Notes under the pieces: generated by a model
Seen by the model: only the letters and a program-made list of their open reading frames with translations
The model's database searches: none
Told to the model about the DNA's origin: nothing
Position numbers and translations under genes: made by a program
Shown here: piece after piece, positions 17,962 to 29,700 of the stretch
Numbering within the stretch: the stretch's first letter is position 1
Layout: each line of letters begins with the position of its first letter
Assembly (NCBI GenBank): GCA_003614675.1
Contig: ML002239.1
Location: forward strand, 1-62,192
Direction of reading: 5' to 3'
Source: Dimargaris cristalligena
Lineage: Eukaryota
Length of the DNA: 62,192 nucleotides

Positions 17962-19296
17962 TCAGTCCAACCCTGGTCCACCCGACGGCAGCAGACTGGG
18001 CTTATTGGATCCACCGGGGGCGAAGAGCGCCTGCATAATATCCTGGAAAGGGTTGCTCTGTTTCGGGATAGAGATATTAAAGTAAGTCTCGCCAATAATA
18101 TCCAGAAGCTAGATCGGTGTGGTTCAGGTTGGATAATCGCAATAGCAATATAGAAATAGATTGAGTTAGAAATACATGGGCAAGAGGAGAATGTCTAGGG
18201 TATTGTCATGAACACCGTATAATCCTGACTTTTTGAAGGAGGAGTAAATCGTACTTACTTGGTTTGCGGCTTCGCTGGAAGCGCCCCACTGGACTGGGTA
18301 TTCCCGGCGCAATTTGAGGAAGACCTCCTTGGCCTGACGTTCTACGGCCAACAGGAGCAATTGGCAAAAGTGGGCCATGGGCGAAGACGCCAACGTTTGG
18401 TACTGAGCCAGTGGATCATTGGCCAAGGCCCCACCAGGACCACCACCGTTACTGGCCGATGCGTCGTGGGGGGGGTTCTCGGCTAAATAGGTCTCCATGA
18501 AGTAGGAGGCGGAGTTGGGTTTATGGAGAGCCAAGTAGGGCAGTACGGCACGGGCGGCGAAAAGACCGCTATCCGCCATAGGCTCGTCCGGCATGGCCGT
18601 GGTTGACTGGGCCGCCCAGGTATGCATGAGCTGGGCCAGCCGCGGGGCACTGTCATGAATCCCTAGAAGCAAATGGGCCTCGGCGGCCTCAAATAACCGG
18701 TCCTGGGCCAACCGTGTACCCAATAAGTGGTGCAGGTCGGGGTCCCCGGCGGACAGGTAGGCCGGTAATTTCCAAGTCGACCCCTCCCCCGTTTGCGCCG
18801 TAGCTTCGGCCCCGTGCTCGAGGATCCACAGCCGTTGGGTGACCTTGGTCGACCAATTCAGCAGCCCTTTCAAAAGACGGGGGCGCTGGGGTTCACTGGC
18901 GGGCATTTGCATTAACAGTACGGTCAGGCGCTGTTTATCAGCGGCATAGCGGGTCCACCAAGCCGAGCTTGTATTTGCATTAGTTTCGCTGGCCAGGGTC
19001 GAGGCGGAGCTGGCTTCAGGAGCGGGGGGTAAAGCGAACCGACCGTAAATATCGAGCACGTAAGCGATAAGGTCTGCGGCGGACGAAGTTTGGTTGTGCT
19101 CGAGAAACGTCCGGGCGCCTTCCACCAGCAGGTCAATCGTTTGGCTTACTTTAACGGGCGGATCGGCTTGCGTGCTTTCCTCTTGGCCAACGGCTTTCAT
19201 GTACCGATTGGCCAATGTGCGGAGTCTCTGGTGGGCTTCGTAATATTCCCCGGCGGCCATCTGGGCCTTGGCGGAAGTTAGCAGTCGGGCGGACAT
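17962..19296 (-). CDS. GET4: Golgi-to-ER traffic protein 4 (394 aa)
   Basis: Exons 19296-18259 and 18108-17962. Motifs GEYYEAHQ.LRT...RY, SAADL, GDPDLHHLLG, AEAHLLLG, ARAVLPYL; C-terminal IGETYFNI..P..SNPFQDIM..LF...LD. Confidence 0.93.
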
Positions 19297-20547
19297 TGTG
19301 GAATGTGGTCAAATACAAAAAAGCAATATAAAGCAACGGGTACCAAAGAGGGGGCGAAGGAGTCGAATGTAGAAGCGGAATGGAAAATGAAGATGGGTAA
19401 TTCAGCAACCGTTAACAGCTAAGAACAGTCTCGAAGCATGAGGGCTTAGTGAGCTAGTCATGGGGGGGGGAGGTGTGAGCATGATAAAAAGCAGTGAGAA
19501 CATGCAAAATACTGGATATAGCAAGTTGGCGATGGTACGTTTTCTAAACTCCTATCTCATTACCATTACCGTTACAATGTATCTGTTTAGTATGAGGTCA
19601 GTAGCATTCGCCGGAACACATCCACTCCACTAAATATAATTGGTTTTTGGAGTACCGCTACATCAGCAAGTTGGGTATTTGATTATTAAACATCGAGTTT
19701 GCCGACTCGACACCGTTTGATATTATAGACGACATACTATTGATAACTGCCACTTGGACCATATGTCGTGTTTGAAGTCCTATAGTAAAGGCACATTACT
19801 TTGGTGGGTTTGGATGCCTTTCACTAGCTATCATCCAAGAACCACTCTCGTAAGATTCCTATCGAAATGGGTTATGCATACCCATTTGGTCTGATTCCGG
19901 ATCACATCGCCTAGAGGAACTGACACCCCCATTACTTATTTAATCGTAAACCCGTATATTTAAACATTGCTCATTAATTATACTATTATCACCGGGCTAT
20001 ACTATAAAGTCGCCCACCATCCCCTTGCATCGTCTCTGAGTAAGTTTCAGGCTGACAAATTCACAGATTGGGGCGATTTTCTCCAACGGTCGCCCAATAC
20101 ATGGATCCCCCCGAATAGAGGAAAATCATTTGGTAGGCTCAACTGCGCATTATCCAGCAAATGCCTATTCTAAATGCGACCCTCAGCTCTCGTAGATATA
20201 TATCCAGCCATTATGGAGTCTCCAACCCCTGCCCTCACAGAACAAGGCAAATCGAAGCTGGTCGGCACAATAGAATTGGTGAAAGGGCCGTCATAGAGAA
20301 CATTATTTAATTGATTAGGCAATTCACACACATGGTGCACTGATGAAAGTACCTTAGCTGGGTGGACAAAAAATGGATTATAGGCCAACCAGCAAGTCGT
20401 TAAGTAAGTAGACACCAATGTGCTATACATGACACAGAGATAAACAGCATGTGCCGCGGAACAAAGCAAATGCAGGAGGGAAGTTGGAGTGCAGCTCAGT
20501 AAGGAAAAATTAGGAACAAAATGCGCATAGGAAATTTATAGTATATT

Positions 20548-20620
20548 GGGGGTCTAGCTCAAATGGTAGAGCGCGCGCTTCGCATGCGTGAGGCAGGGGG
20601 ATCGATACCCCCGTCCTCCA
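20548..20620 (+). tRNA. tRNA-Ala (anticodon CGC)
   Basis: 73-nt cloverleaf with the G3-U70 alanine identity pair, anticodon loop TT-CGC-AT, T-loop GATCGATAC typical of eukaryotic tRNA-Ala, and T-runs downstream. Confidence 0.95.
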
Positions 20621-21280
20621 ATAAATATTTTCCAATTTTTTTATTGGAATAATCTTACTCTATCAGCTTGCTGCATTTTAGTTATAGTTAACAAGCGAAC
20701 GAAGTGTTATAGGGGGGTGGGTTAAGTGGATGTGTCTTTTACCTTAGTAGATGCCGTCGACGATTTGATATTTATTGGCGATACTTGTTTTGCTCAATGA
20801 ACAGGTCTACTATAATAATGACCGAAAGTCGTCATGCACATGTGTAAAGAACACGTTAGACATAAAATTTGATAGTGAAAATTGAATAAACTAATAGGGT
20901 CGGCCTTTAGGAAGGAATAAAAGAGGAAGAAAGATAAAGAAAATTTTGCATTAAATTTTTTTCCTATCTACTTCGGGGAAAAAGCTATTTTTACGGGTTT
21001 TTTTCCTTCCCCTCTATTAACATAATGAGTTTGCAAGACGAATTTTGCATAGCACCTCCTTATTTTTATCATCTGCCATTGGTTCCTATCCAGCGAATTG
21101 GGAGGAAGTGTTTTACACAATTAAAATGTGATAGTAGTCCACGTATTGCATTTTTACCAATTGGGCCTAGTCCGGATAACAATTACTCCAGTATTCGACT
21201 GTGCCGAGTCTATCTTTTATTCATTATACAAAATACACTTATTAGAAAAAAAACAATCAAGCAAGTTTATTCCAAAATAT

Positions 21281-21416
21281 GGGTGGAGTTCAACATAGCT
21301 ATATACGATAACAAGTGATGTATGTTTCGGCAAATAGGCGGACTATCTAAATTTAGTCTATAATACCTGTCCTGTCAAACATATTTTTCGTTATTCAGCT
21401 GGATTGAACCTTTTGC
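21281..21416. mobile_element. MITE family B copy
   Basis: ATAT-GGGTGGAGTTCAAC...TTGAACCTTTTGC-ATAT, 136 bp. Confidence 0.75.
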
Positions 21417-23012
21417 ATATACATCTCATAGCATTGGTTTTATGCCCAGAATAAGAAGGATTGGTTCGGATGTCTAATACAGATCATGTCGGGCTCAATG
21501 GCCACCATTTCGAATAATATGTCAATTGGCTGTTGATCAACAAATCAACCAGTGAGATCCTATTGAATATTGCCTTGGCAAGGGTACCATGTATTATCCA
21601 CGCTGACTGCCAGAGGCTCGCAGCGCCTCTTCAATAGATCCATTTTGAGGATTTGCCAATAGGTGCATCATGCCAACGAGATGGGATTGTCCGTTGGAAA
21701 GCAGGGAAGCATTTGATCCCAAGAGTCCGATTACTGAATGACTAGAGTCCTCTGGCGATTGGAGCTGTATGAGTATGGTGAGTGTAACGGGGGGGTCGCG
21801 GTGGACCGGGGAATTTACCAGAAGTGCTTCGATTCGAGGGAGGAGGAGGGAATTTGGGAGAATTCCTAGCAGAAGCAAATTAGTAAAGTTTATAAATTAG
21901 TATTTTATTGTAGCACGATCTTTTTCCGTTTTCGGGTAATTTTTATTATTTTATACTTCCGGTTCGGTCGTGGTCTTCGCGACGACAGTCATTGCACGAG
22001 CTCCGCTTGGTGTGGGCCCGGATAGGCTTTGGTCACGTGATAGCGGGGTTTGTCGGGACGGGGACTTATCGCGCGGTTGCATGAGGACTTGAGCCATGTT
22101 CAATTTATAAGCATATCGAGACTCTGGCGAACCGCTTAGGAATTAGCTGATTGTACAGGGATTAGTCGTATTCGTGATAGAATCCCTGTCAAGTATACAA
22201 TGTATTGAATTCATGTTAGATAGGCTGCCATACTAAAGAAAGGAACCCCCCAGGGCCATTTGAAAAATCCAATAAAAGCGAGTGAAGACTGTAGTGACAT
22301 TGGGCCGCAGTGTTCCTCTTTAATGTGTCACTTTATATGAATATGGTGCGAGGTCAATTTGTTTAACTTATAATACTACTAGAAACCCAAAAGTAGCTTG
22401 AGCTGCTCCGGTCTAACAATTGGAATCCCACATCGACACTGACAAAGTGGACTATAGCCCCAAACCAATTGCCATTTAATGTATTAAAGTCATATAAAAA
22501 TAAATGCATTATTGAAACAGCATCATAGTATCAATATGAGCTTTTGTAAAATGATTCAAATGATAAAGAAATGAAAGGCTGAGAACAGCAAAAGCACCTA
22601 CCAATGGCTCATCATACACCATTGGGATTCGTTTAAAGCACATTGGATTGGTTAATATATTCGTTCATATCCCTAGGGCAACATCAGAAAACCATGAGCA
22701 TGTAAAAGTACTGCGCGGATGCAACTACATCGCCACCAAAATACTTAGTACCATCCCTTAGAAATGTTAATTGGTTCTTCAGCTCAGAAACAAGATAATT
22801 GTGTCAAATAATAACGAAGCTTTTAAGCTGATCACGGTGAATTGACGATCTTGCCTGATCTAAGTGGGTGGTAATGTATGCCACGAATCTACATGACTTA
22901 CACGTAAGCCCCACGTAAATTATGCCATCTATGCCACCCTCGGTTATTAAAAGAGAGTACAGAATATAAGGGGGTTGGGCATTTATGACTGTTATTACGA
23001 GGTGATTCATAT

Positions 23013-23151
23013 GGGTGAAGTTCAGGTTGGCTGTATAAGGGTTTAACTGATATATGTATGGGAAAGTCGGTGGGATGTTTATTTTCAACTAGTAGTAGTA
23101 TTTGCCTCATCAAATGGATTTTTCGTTATACAGCCTGGTTGAACTACTCCC
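23013..23151. mobile_element. MITE family B copy
   Basis: Imperfect TIRs of ~26 bp (GGGTGAAGTTCAGGTTGGCTGTATAA / TTATACAGCCTGGTTGAACTACTCCC), TSD ATAT. Close reverse complement of 41175-41310. Confidence 0.88.
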
Positions 23152-23161
23152 ATATTGATCT

Positions 23162-23299
23162 GGGTAAAATTCAAAGCAGTTGTATAAGGTTTTACAATAT
23201 ACACGTGTATGGGCGAATATATGTGAGAATAGCTTTTAACCAGTAATATCGGCCTCATCCAATGGATTTTTCATTATACAACCTGAATGAACTTTTCCC
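23162..23299. mobile_element. MITE family B copy (tandem neighbour)
   Basis: GGG...CCC flanked by the non-palindromic direct repeat ATCT at 23158-23161 and 23300-23303. Confidence 0.88.
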
Positions 23300-23762
23300 A
23301 TCTGGAGTTGAAAAGACAGAACCATGATTAGAATTGCTGGGATTGGCTTCACTAGTAGTATGCGATCTATATAGTTATATTCGCAGCAACATGATTGATT
23401 ACCAGTTCCATTGGTGATCGTCGTTATTCCCTATCAAGTTACGGGCTATACCATGCATTGCATTGGCTTATACAATGTAAAAGTGATACCTCCAAACCAT
23501 GTTGGAGTTTCTTACATGACCAGACCAGTTAGCTAGGAAAAGAACAGAAAAGCTACACGTGCAATGGCCTATATCAAAAGTATAAAACCCCCATGGTTAG
23601 CCAACTTTTATTATTTACTCCCTCTCAAACTCGAATATCCCAACGAATCTCGCTCAATTCTTTGCCCACTTTAGCTACTACTATCACTAATCCAAACATT
23701 TGCCTCGATCGCTGACTCTCGCCCTCTTGCATCAACCACATTAAGCAAATATCGTATCATTT

Positions 23763-24130
23763 ATGATGGGGTCCCCCGGCGTGTATTACTTTATTATGTT
23801 GGCCATCACTATTTCCCTCTATCAATCGTCTACCTTTGCGGCCCCTTTGAACGGGAGTATCCGTCTCAAAAATCGACCGAGCGTGACTCCATAGTGAAGA
23901 CCACTACTTCGTTTAAGTGAGGACATCAAAACCCTCCCCGAAACTCGAAATCCATGGCCACTCTCCTGGAACACTCTCCATTGACCGGTGAGATTATAAA
24001 GCGATCAAAAATAGGGCGCCCCATTCACCCGCATATTGTAACCCAACCCCACCCGAACCCTGATAGTACTGGGACGGCTTTCTGGAATACGATAACGAAA
24101 GGTAGAATGTTTGGATCCTCGGTGTTTTAG
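23763..24130 (+). pseudogene. Small secreted protein gene: a 43-aa peptide (23763-23894) or a disrupted longer ORF
   Basis: MMGSPGVYYFIMLAITISLYQSSTFA-APL is signal-peptide-like. TATAAAA at ~23581 and a C/T-rich leader precede it. A second, shifted frame runs to TAG at 24130. Confidence 0.4.
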
Positions 24131-24490
24131 TTTTGATGGCCGTACTAATTTACCGCCGCTTTTGTTAAAAAGCTCTGAATATCGTTTTTTTTTGTGGTCT
24201 AGTATATACTGTGTTCAATATTTATAAATGTTATTATCCACATTATCATTTCATGATTCGATTCCATATATAGATCCATAATCCTACTAGAGTGTTGTTG
24301 CATAGTGCAAAAGGGTAAACAATCGACCAGCCTACCAAGTTCTGTTTTAGGAGGAACTCGATTGTTATACATTTGTGTTCGATGTTTAGGATACTGGTCG
24401 TGGAATTGGCCGCTAATCTATGCTGTACTGGCAGCATAAAGTATTCACGCCTCAACTTACCCTTTTTCCTTTGACTTATTTTAACTAAGT

Positions 24491-25107
24491 TGGTATGCTC
24501 AATCAAGGTGATTAAAGTAGTCCCATCATTGGTATTTAGGCGCAATGGTCGTCTAGTTTCATAGATAGGACGCGGGAATTCAGTCGCTGAAGGTACTACC
24601 CCCCCCCTTCGATCATTCCCGTCTCCCTTTTTATATGGTTTTTATACCATATTCTTTATTACATCTTCTATATTCATATTTTTTGTATTATGCCTACTAG
24701 TAACTTGTCCCAGCATATTGTGCGCTGAGTCTACAAGTTTATTCTTAGTCTACTCAGCTATATAAAACCAGGCCAAAACCGATAGATATGGGTGAACGTC
24801 AACCCACCCGTATAAGATTTTACACAATATATGTATGGGATAATATGTGGGAGAATAACTTTTGACCAGTAATATTTACCTCATCAAATGGATTATTCGT
24901 TATACAGCCTGGATGAACTTCTGCCATATATTTCAGTTATCTAACCATACCAATACCCCATATTACCTGCCATCGCATCCTATATACTTTATTCGTCAGT
25001 ATACTTATCCTTAGAGCACTCTTCACAGTCTTATTTTGAGCGTCCTCTAAGCTTACCCTTCCTAGGCGTCCGGATTCTAGCATTTACTAGGATGTTTCCC
25101 CATGATA
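24491..25107 (+). mobile_element. Solo LTR, family A, old degenerate copy containing a nested MITE
   Basis: Blocks colinear with 56-530 (gattaaag, ctagtt, gcgggaattc, attcccg, cagctatataaa, ttcagtta). Length minus the 140-bp MITE+TSD is ~477 bp, matching 475 bp. Ends are approximate. Confidence 0.7.
24790..24925. mobile_element. MITE family B copy inserted in an LTR
   Basis: ATAT-GGGTGAACG...GAACTTCTGCC-ATAT. LTR similarity resumes on both sides. Confidence 0.85.
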
Positions 25108-25929
25108 TCAAGCACCACTTTGGGATATCCATGGTAAGATCATAATAACTTGATGTTGCAATACCATTTACTCCAATGGTGTGGCTATGGTCTCGCACTG
25201 GAGAATATGCGCTTTTGCGACCAGACCTCTTACCATAGCCATCATTCCGATTAGGCTTTATTGTACCATAGTCTCTTCCTATGGCAACCCCTGTTGCTAT
25301 CAAAAGCATTCATCAGTTTGCAGCCAACCCTTAAAGGAGGCCACTACTGCACCTTAGTTAGTGGTACAAAGGCTCTGCAGGATACCGAGCAGATACCCTC
25401 CGGTACCAGCAGTATTATTCTTGGATATCCCACTGGCATTGTAGCCATGTATAAATAATTGGACAGGATGCCTGATCTGCCATTTCCTTGGCATATACTT
25501 GCCCAGGTTATCCTAATGTACCACTATACACCCACATCAACCAGTATCCCCTATCTGGGTGCACAGACAGTTATATTCCCCCAGTCTGCTGATCCCATTT
25601 GAGTAAGCACCAGTTGGGCCGACTCCTTGCCCGGGATTAAAGTGGCTTGCCACCGCGACATCCTTGATAGAGGATGCTTTGCTATCCCAAACACCGTAAG
25701 CAATACTACATGGATTAGAAGCAACTCATTGTAAACTACGACTTAGCTTAACTTCGAGTATATCGTCGCTGCCTTTCACCGCCTGGGCGAGTGATATCCC
25801 AGGCCTATTGTAAATGTGGTTGGCTTTAATATCCACTACCAATTTTCTACAGGTTCAGATTGTCAGCTAGAGGGCTCACAAATTCAACTCTACCTACCTA
25901 CATCCTTGGAGGTGGAGGAGGGAGCATAT

Positions 25930-26066
25930 GGGTAAATATCAATATAGCCGTATAATACTTAAAATGGGTGTGCATATGGTCAAATAGGCGAGATGTCTAT
26001 TCTTAACCAGCAATAACAGTCTCATCGGACGGAGTATTCGTTATACAGCTGGACCGAACGTATCCT
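25930..26066. mobile_element. MITE family B copy
   Basis: ATAT-GGGTAAATATCAATATAGCCGTATAA...TTATACAGCTGGACCGAACGTATCCT-ATAT. Confidence 0.78.
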
Positions 26067-26250
26067 ATATACATAATCGACAGGATGTTCACTATAACCA
26101 TACTTTATTCCTGGAGATAATAGTGACTCAAAAATAAGTTTTAAATTTTGGTTGACCGGTAAGTGGAAATTATCGAATAATGTGACAACTTGGTCGACGG
26201 AGTAACTGAAGCATACAAAAAGACAATAGAGCGTTCTATTCCCGCTTTAT

Positions 26251-26722
26251 TTACTGGGCCTTCTTCTTGATATTGACACCACTCTGTTTGAGGCCAGAAG
26301 GGGTCTCGATACCCGCGACCCCGGAAATGGCCACAATCAGAATCACAAGCATGAGCAGAACGGCCGAAAGAGTCATTAGCATGCCCGGGGTAGTCAGGTG
26401 GTAAAAGAAAGTGGGATTGTTGATGGGGCTGCCGGTGGCCGTGGCCGTGGCGGACATGGTTTCGGTGGTGCTGGTGAGCAGGGCGGTAAGCGCTTCAGTG
26501 GCAGTGGTGGTCGCCTAATTCGGGGGTCAAGTAAAGTAGCAGTTATTGGACGGCGAAATGCATGGGTTTGGTTTAGTCAATGGCCGGGTCAGGGTAGTGA
26601 GGTATTACCCAGTCCAGGGGTTTAGGCCGCCGGGTTTAGCGGCAACTCTAGAGCCAGGTTAAAATCATTGGGGGTCTTTAAGCAGGGTGGGTGCAAGGCA
26701 AGGCCTTTGTGGAACTTACCAT
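26251..26722 (-). CDS. Small ER membrane protein with VOA1/Ac45(ATP6AP1)/BIG1-type C-terminal TM domain (88 aa)
   Basis: ATG-only coding exon 26722-26720, GTAAGT intron to TAG at 26515, exon 26514-26251. Thr-rich N-terminus, FF..LTTPGMLM...LLMLVILIVAISGVAGIETP motif, C-terminal KKAQ dilysine signal. Confidence 0.75.
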
Positions 26723-29700
26723 TGTAAACTGTATTGGGCGATTGGGGAAGAGGCGTCGTAGGAAAATAAGTAAGGGAGGGTGGAAATGGTGGGTCAACTA
26801 CGGAACGGATGAGCTAAAACGTAGGTTATAAACTGTGGAATGGGAAGAAGTGAATGTGCTGTGGGTGTTTGGGAAGGGTCCCGGCGGTCTTAACCTATAG
26901 CCAATGGAGTCGGCGACTGGATGGAAGCTCGCTTGAGATAGAGCCATCGGGGCCTTAAACCGGCCTATTAGTGGGTGGGGAAAATATATTTCTTGGCCCG
27001 TCCAATGGGTCAATATTTCCCTAAATTCGTCTGTAGGGTGAAGCTTGGTGGCAATGCCACCATTTGGATATCCCGTATTTTCAAAATAAAAATGAGTGGG
27101 TTGGGGGAGGGAGTGCCACAGCTGATAGTTGTCATTTGAGTAGGTCTTCACGTTGGCCATCGTCGAGGACAGATAGGGGTATATATGAGGCACAGGTCTT
27201 CAGAGTAGTCTAGGGTAAAATCAAACCATCATAGCAGCAAGCTAGGTGCGACAAAAGCCATTGCGTAACACACCTTGGAGTCTTGTAGTGGTACTAAGGT
27301 CAGGTGGGGCGACAATGGACTGGAGGAAAACGTAGCGAGGAAGATGGTACACGAAGGGGAAAGGACGGAAGACCAAATGGGCAAATCAGATACTCACGGT
27401 TGGGCACCACGATTCAAGCACTGGTGCAAAGGAAGGCGAGTTTGTGATATACTAATCCAGCTACTATGACCTATAAAGTTTTATGTAAGCTATTTTTGGA
27501 ACGCGTATGGAATTTTATTTGGCTGAACCTTATAAGCAAGGACATGCCAGTAAATATAACCCATACAAATTATTGCTAACAGCCTTAATCTCCAAAGAAT
27601 GATTATACAACACGGGGGCCGCTCCGTGTGATCCAGCTGTGTGCCGATTGTCCCAATATGCCCTTTGTATATAACGTCAGCATAATTTATTTCATTAACA
27701 TTACTGCAGTTGGTCGAAGACTACGAATAAAATCGGGATATACTGAGTGTTCCCCATTCATTTGTACACAGTGCTTTCTGCCCAGCCGTAGTCTTTAGTA
27801 TTTATTACAGGTGACTTAACCATCTGGTTTAATAATAAAAATCATAAAAATTGTTAACTGTATATATTCATAGCCTTTTATTTCCCCTTTTAAATGCTCA
27901 CTATGGATCCCAAGTTAAAATTTCGCTTCCAAGATCTCCACACCACTATCTCTCTGGCCGGGGGCGCCTTGAGCTCTACATCAATTGCCCAACTACATCT
28001 TCAAATGAACCTGTACATGTTCTGGATGGGGGTTGCTGGGGAGTAACTAAACGGCTATTGGAATCAGTACCTTCGTTGAAGGTACCGGTGGGTATAGTTC
28101 TATACCAACTATGGGGCTATACTGGGATTCAGTCAGACAGAGGGTTCTCTATACACCCTAAATAGAATTGACGTCCTTTGGCACACATTAAATGAATATA
28201 AATTCTTGGGGGTTTTTACAGGCCCCAATGAGAATCGCACGGCGACATGCAAATCATCACAAGCCACGCATAATTACACAAATATGGTGAGTATATTATA
28301 AGGGGGGCGGCCTTATTTAAAGCCAGGGTGCAATAAGTATTCACAATCAAGTAAAGGGGTCTGAATAAGGAAAATGGTGGGGCTAATAAGTGATCGGTGC
28401 TTGTGAAATAGGACAATCGTCAAACCCCCTGCCTGTTGACACATGCTACGACACGAGTGTAGGAGGCTGCTGACTCAGAGATAATGTACAGAATATGAAA
28501 TTAGACATTCTAGATAGTTAAGGCCTTGGCAAAAGAATACGATGGGAACATGAACAAATCTATAAATATATTCGGATCATTCAGTCCTCTTCTATTTGAG
28601 GTTTTCTACAGGAGTTATATAAATCATGTCTAATAATCGAGGTCTAGCGGAGTCAATCAGGCAGCTGATAATACCTCGAGACGCCTGCCACTACCCATTG
28701 CGAGTCAATCATTCACGGGTGTTCCGAGATGTCCGGCATATTTGTTTGAAAATATACCCCCTGGCTAGACGCTAAGGAACCCTGTTATACATGCTACTAA
28801 GTGGGGCCTGTTATCACAGGTCGCAAACGATGTCTGTAATCCGGGGTTTTTATCAATAGCGACTACACAGGCCATTTTCACATGCCTGGCATCGGATCAG
28901 AGTGGACACTAGTGGTCGTACGTGTTTTTTCAAGGCAGCTATTTTCTTTACACTCAGTTTATGGAAACCCCTTTATGTGTAAACATTACACTCCGAAACC
29001 CTGCCACCCCCCAGTGAACCCGCCGGATTTAGCCATACTTTGACAGCAGGATCAGTAGAGAATAATGAACGGATTAGTCCTGTGATCTTAATTGGATGAG
29101 TTCAACTGGGAGGAAATCGCAATCCCTTGGGCACCACCAACTGTTCAAAGCAAATGCCCCCTGGCAATCGCTTATGTTTCCCTTGTTTAATGTTAGAGAC
29201 AGGTGTGAGCAGAAGGGTGAGGGAGAGTGATATAGGATCTACTATCCCCAAATCCAATGGAAAAAATACCTTTCTTGGGGAATAAGTCGATTTACAAGTC
29301 AAATACCAAACTTCCTTCAATCGCCGTTGTCTGGCCTTCTTAATCCACTGGTCCATTGCCAATCCCTGTAATTTTGAATTCGATGAATACGGTCATTTTT
29401 GGCTTAATTGCCCTATGTATTTCCTAATCAATATTCACGAGGGATTTGGCCCAGTCGCAATGAAGGTGCTTATATTAATTACCTGGAGGGGTCGAAACGG
29501 GGGATTGGCCATTTATTATTGTTCGTCTCATTCAGTTTCAAGTGATGGCCCATCTGTCAACAATATGAAAGTCTGCCACTAGCAAATCTCCCCCTACGCG
29601 AACATAGGAAGCCACCTGGTTGCAGTTGCCATATTTATGAGCACCCCTATTGAACCGATGCCTAGTGGCACTGATGTTCACTAATATCTCATACATGATT

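Noticed and set aside
21420-22097. Minus-strand spliced pseudogene with faint resemblance to the start of an NRPS adenylation domain
   Set aside because: It has a plausible first exon and intron, but the spliced frame has stops at about random frequency and the similarity is too weak to support.
25110-25700. Possible retroelement internal region or pseudogene next to the old LTR
   Set aside because: No primer-binding site and no gag or pol motif recognised.
26798-27420. 131-aa ORF and nearby splice-like signals as extra exons of the VOA1-like gene
   Set aside because: I could not build an in-frame model with a start codon, and the peptide matches nothing I recognise.
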